Below are positions 63,849-64,000 of a stretch of 64,000 nucleotides of DNA, piece after piece. Every line of letters starts with the position of its first letter. The first letter of the stretch is position 1. Source of the stretch: Nitrosopumilus sp. (GTDB lineage: Archaea; Thermoproteota; Nitrososphaeria; Nitrososphaerales; Nitrosopumilaceae); contig CBDBCE010000005.1 of assembly GCA_965203315.1 (NCBI GenBank), forward strand, positions 24,660 to 88,659. The letters run 5' to 3'. The position numbers and the translations under genes are program-made. The notes below the pieces were generated by a model. It saw only the letters and a program-made list of their open reading frames with translations, had not been told where the DNA came from and ran no database searches.

Positions 63849-64000
63849 ATCACTCAATTTAATCTAGATATCTGGATCTGAATCTAGATCGCACACACTT
63901 GTGAAAAATCGTTCATAGATCAATTTTTACAAGTATTTGTCTAAAATATGCAAATTATGTAAAATAAAAATATCTGTACAGGGATTCTAAAAATCGAAAT

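Overview
AT-rich archaeal chromosome segment, almost certainly a Nitrosopumilaceae ammonia-oxidising archaeon (Thaumarchaeota/Nitrososphaerota). Support: thaumarchaeal-type S-layer gene, TFB, Gar1, Rps8e, SRP19, aIF-1A, ScpAB, an intron-containing tRNA-Tyr, urease plus a DUR3-type transporter, and a malonic-semialdehyde-reductase-like Fe-ADH. The core genes are interspersed with many mobile elements: four IS elements with TIRs and TSDs readable in the sequence (IS1595, IS6, ISH3, IS5-like) and several MITE families, which suggests a host-associated lineage (inference). Highlights: (1) the main S-layer gene is split in frame by an IS1595 with a frameshifted transposase, and a G11 tract lies between its TATA box and start codon; (2) an HMGA-like protein carries 15 tandem AT-hooks encoded by a perfect 48-bp repeat, fused to a probable degenerate nucleotidyltransferase-like domain; (3) a three-gene helical/wHTH-UPF0175/PIN module occurs twice, once intact and once disarmed; (4) the urease core is bracketed by twin MITEs and lacks ureG/ureD here; (5) toxins are repeatedly inactivated while antitoxins survive; (6) CTAG appears unusually frequent. 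All protein calls come from motif recognition by eye; no database searches were run.
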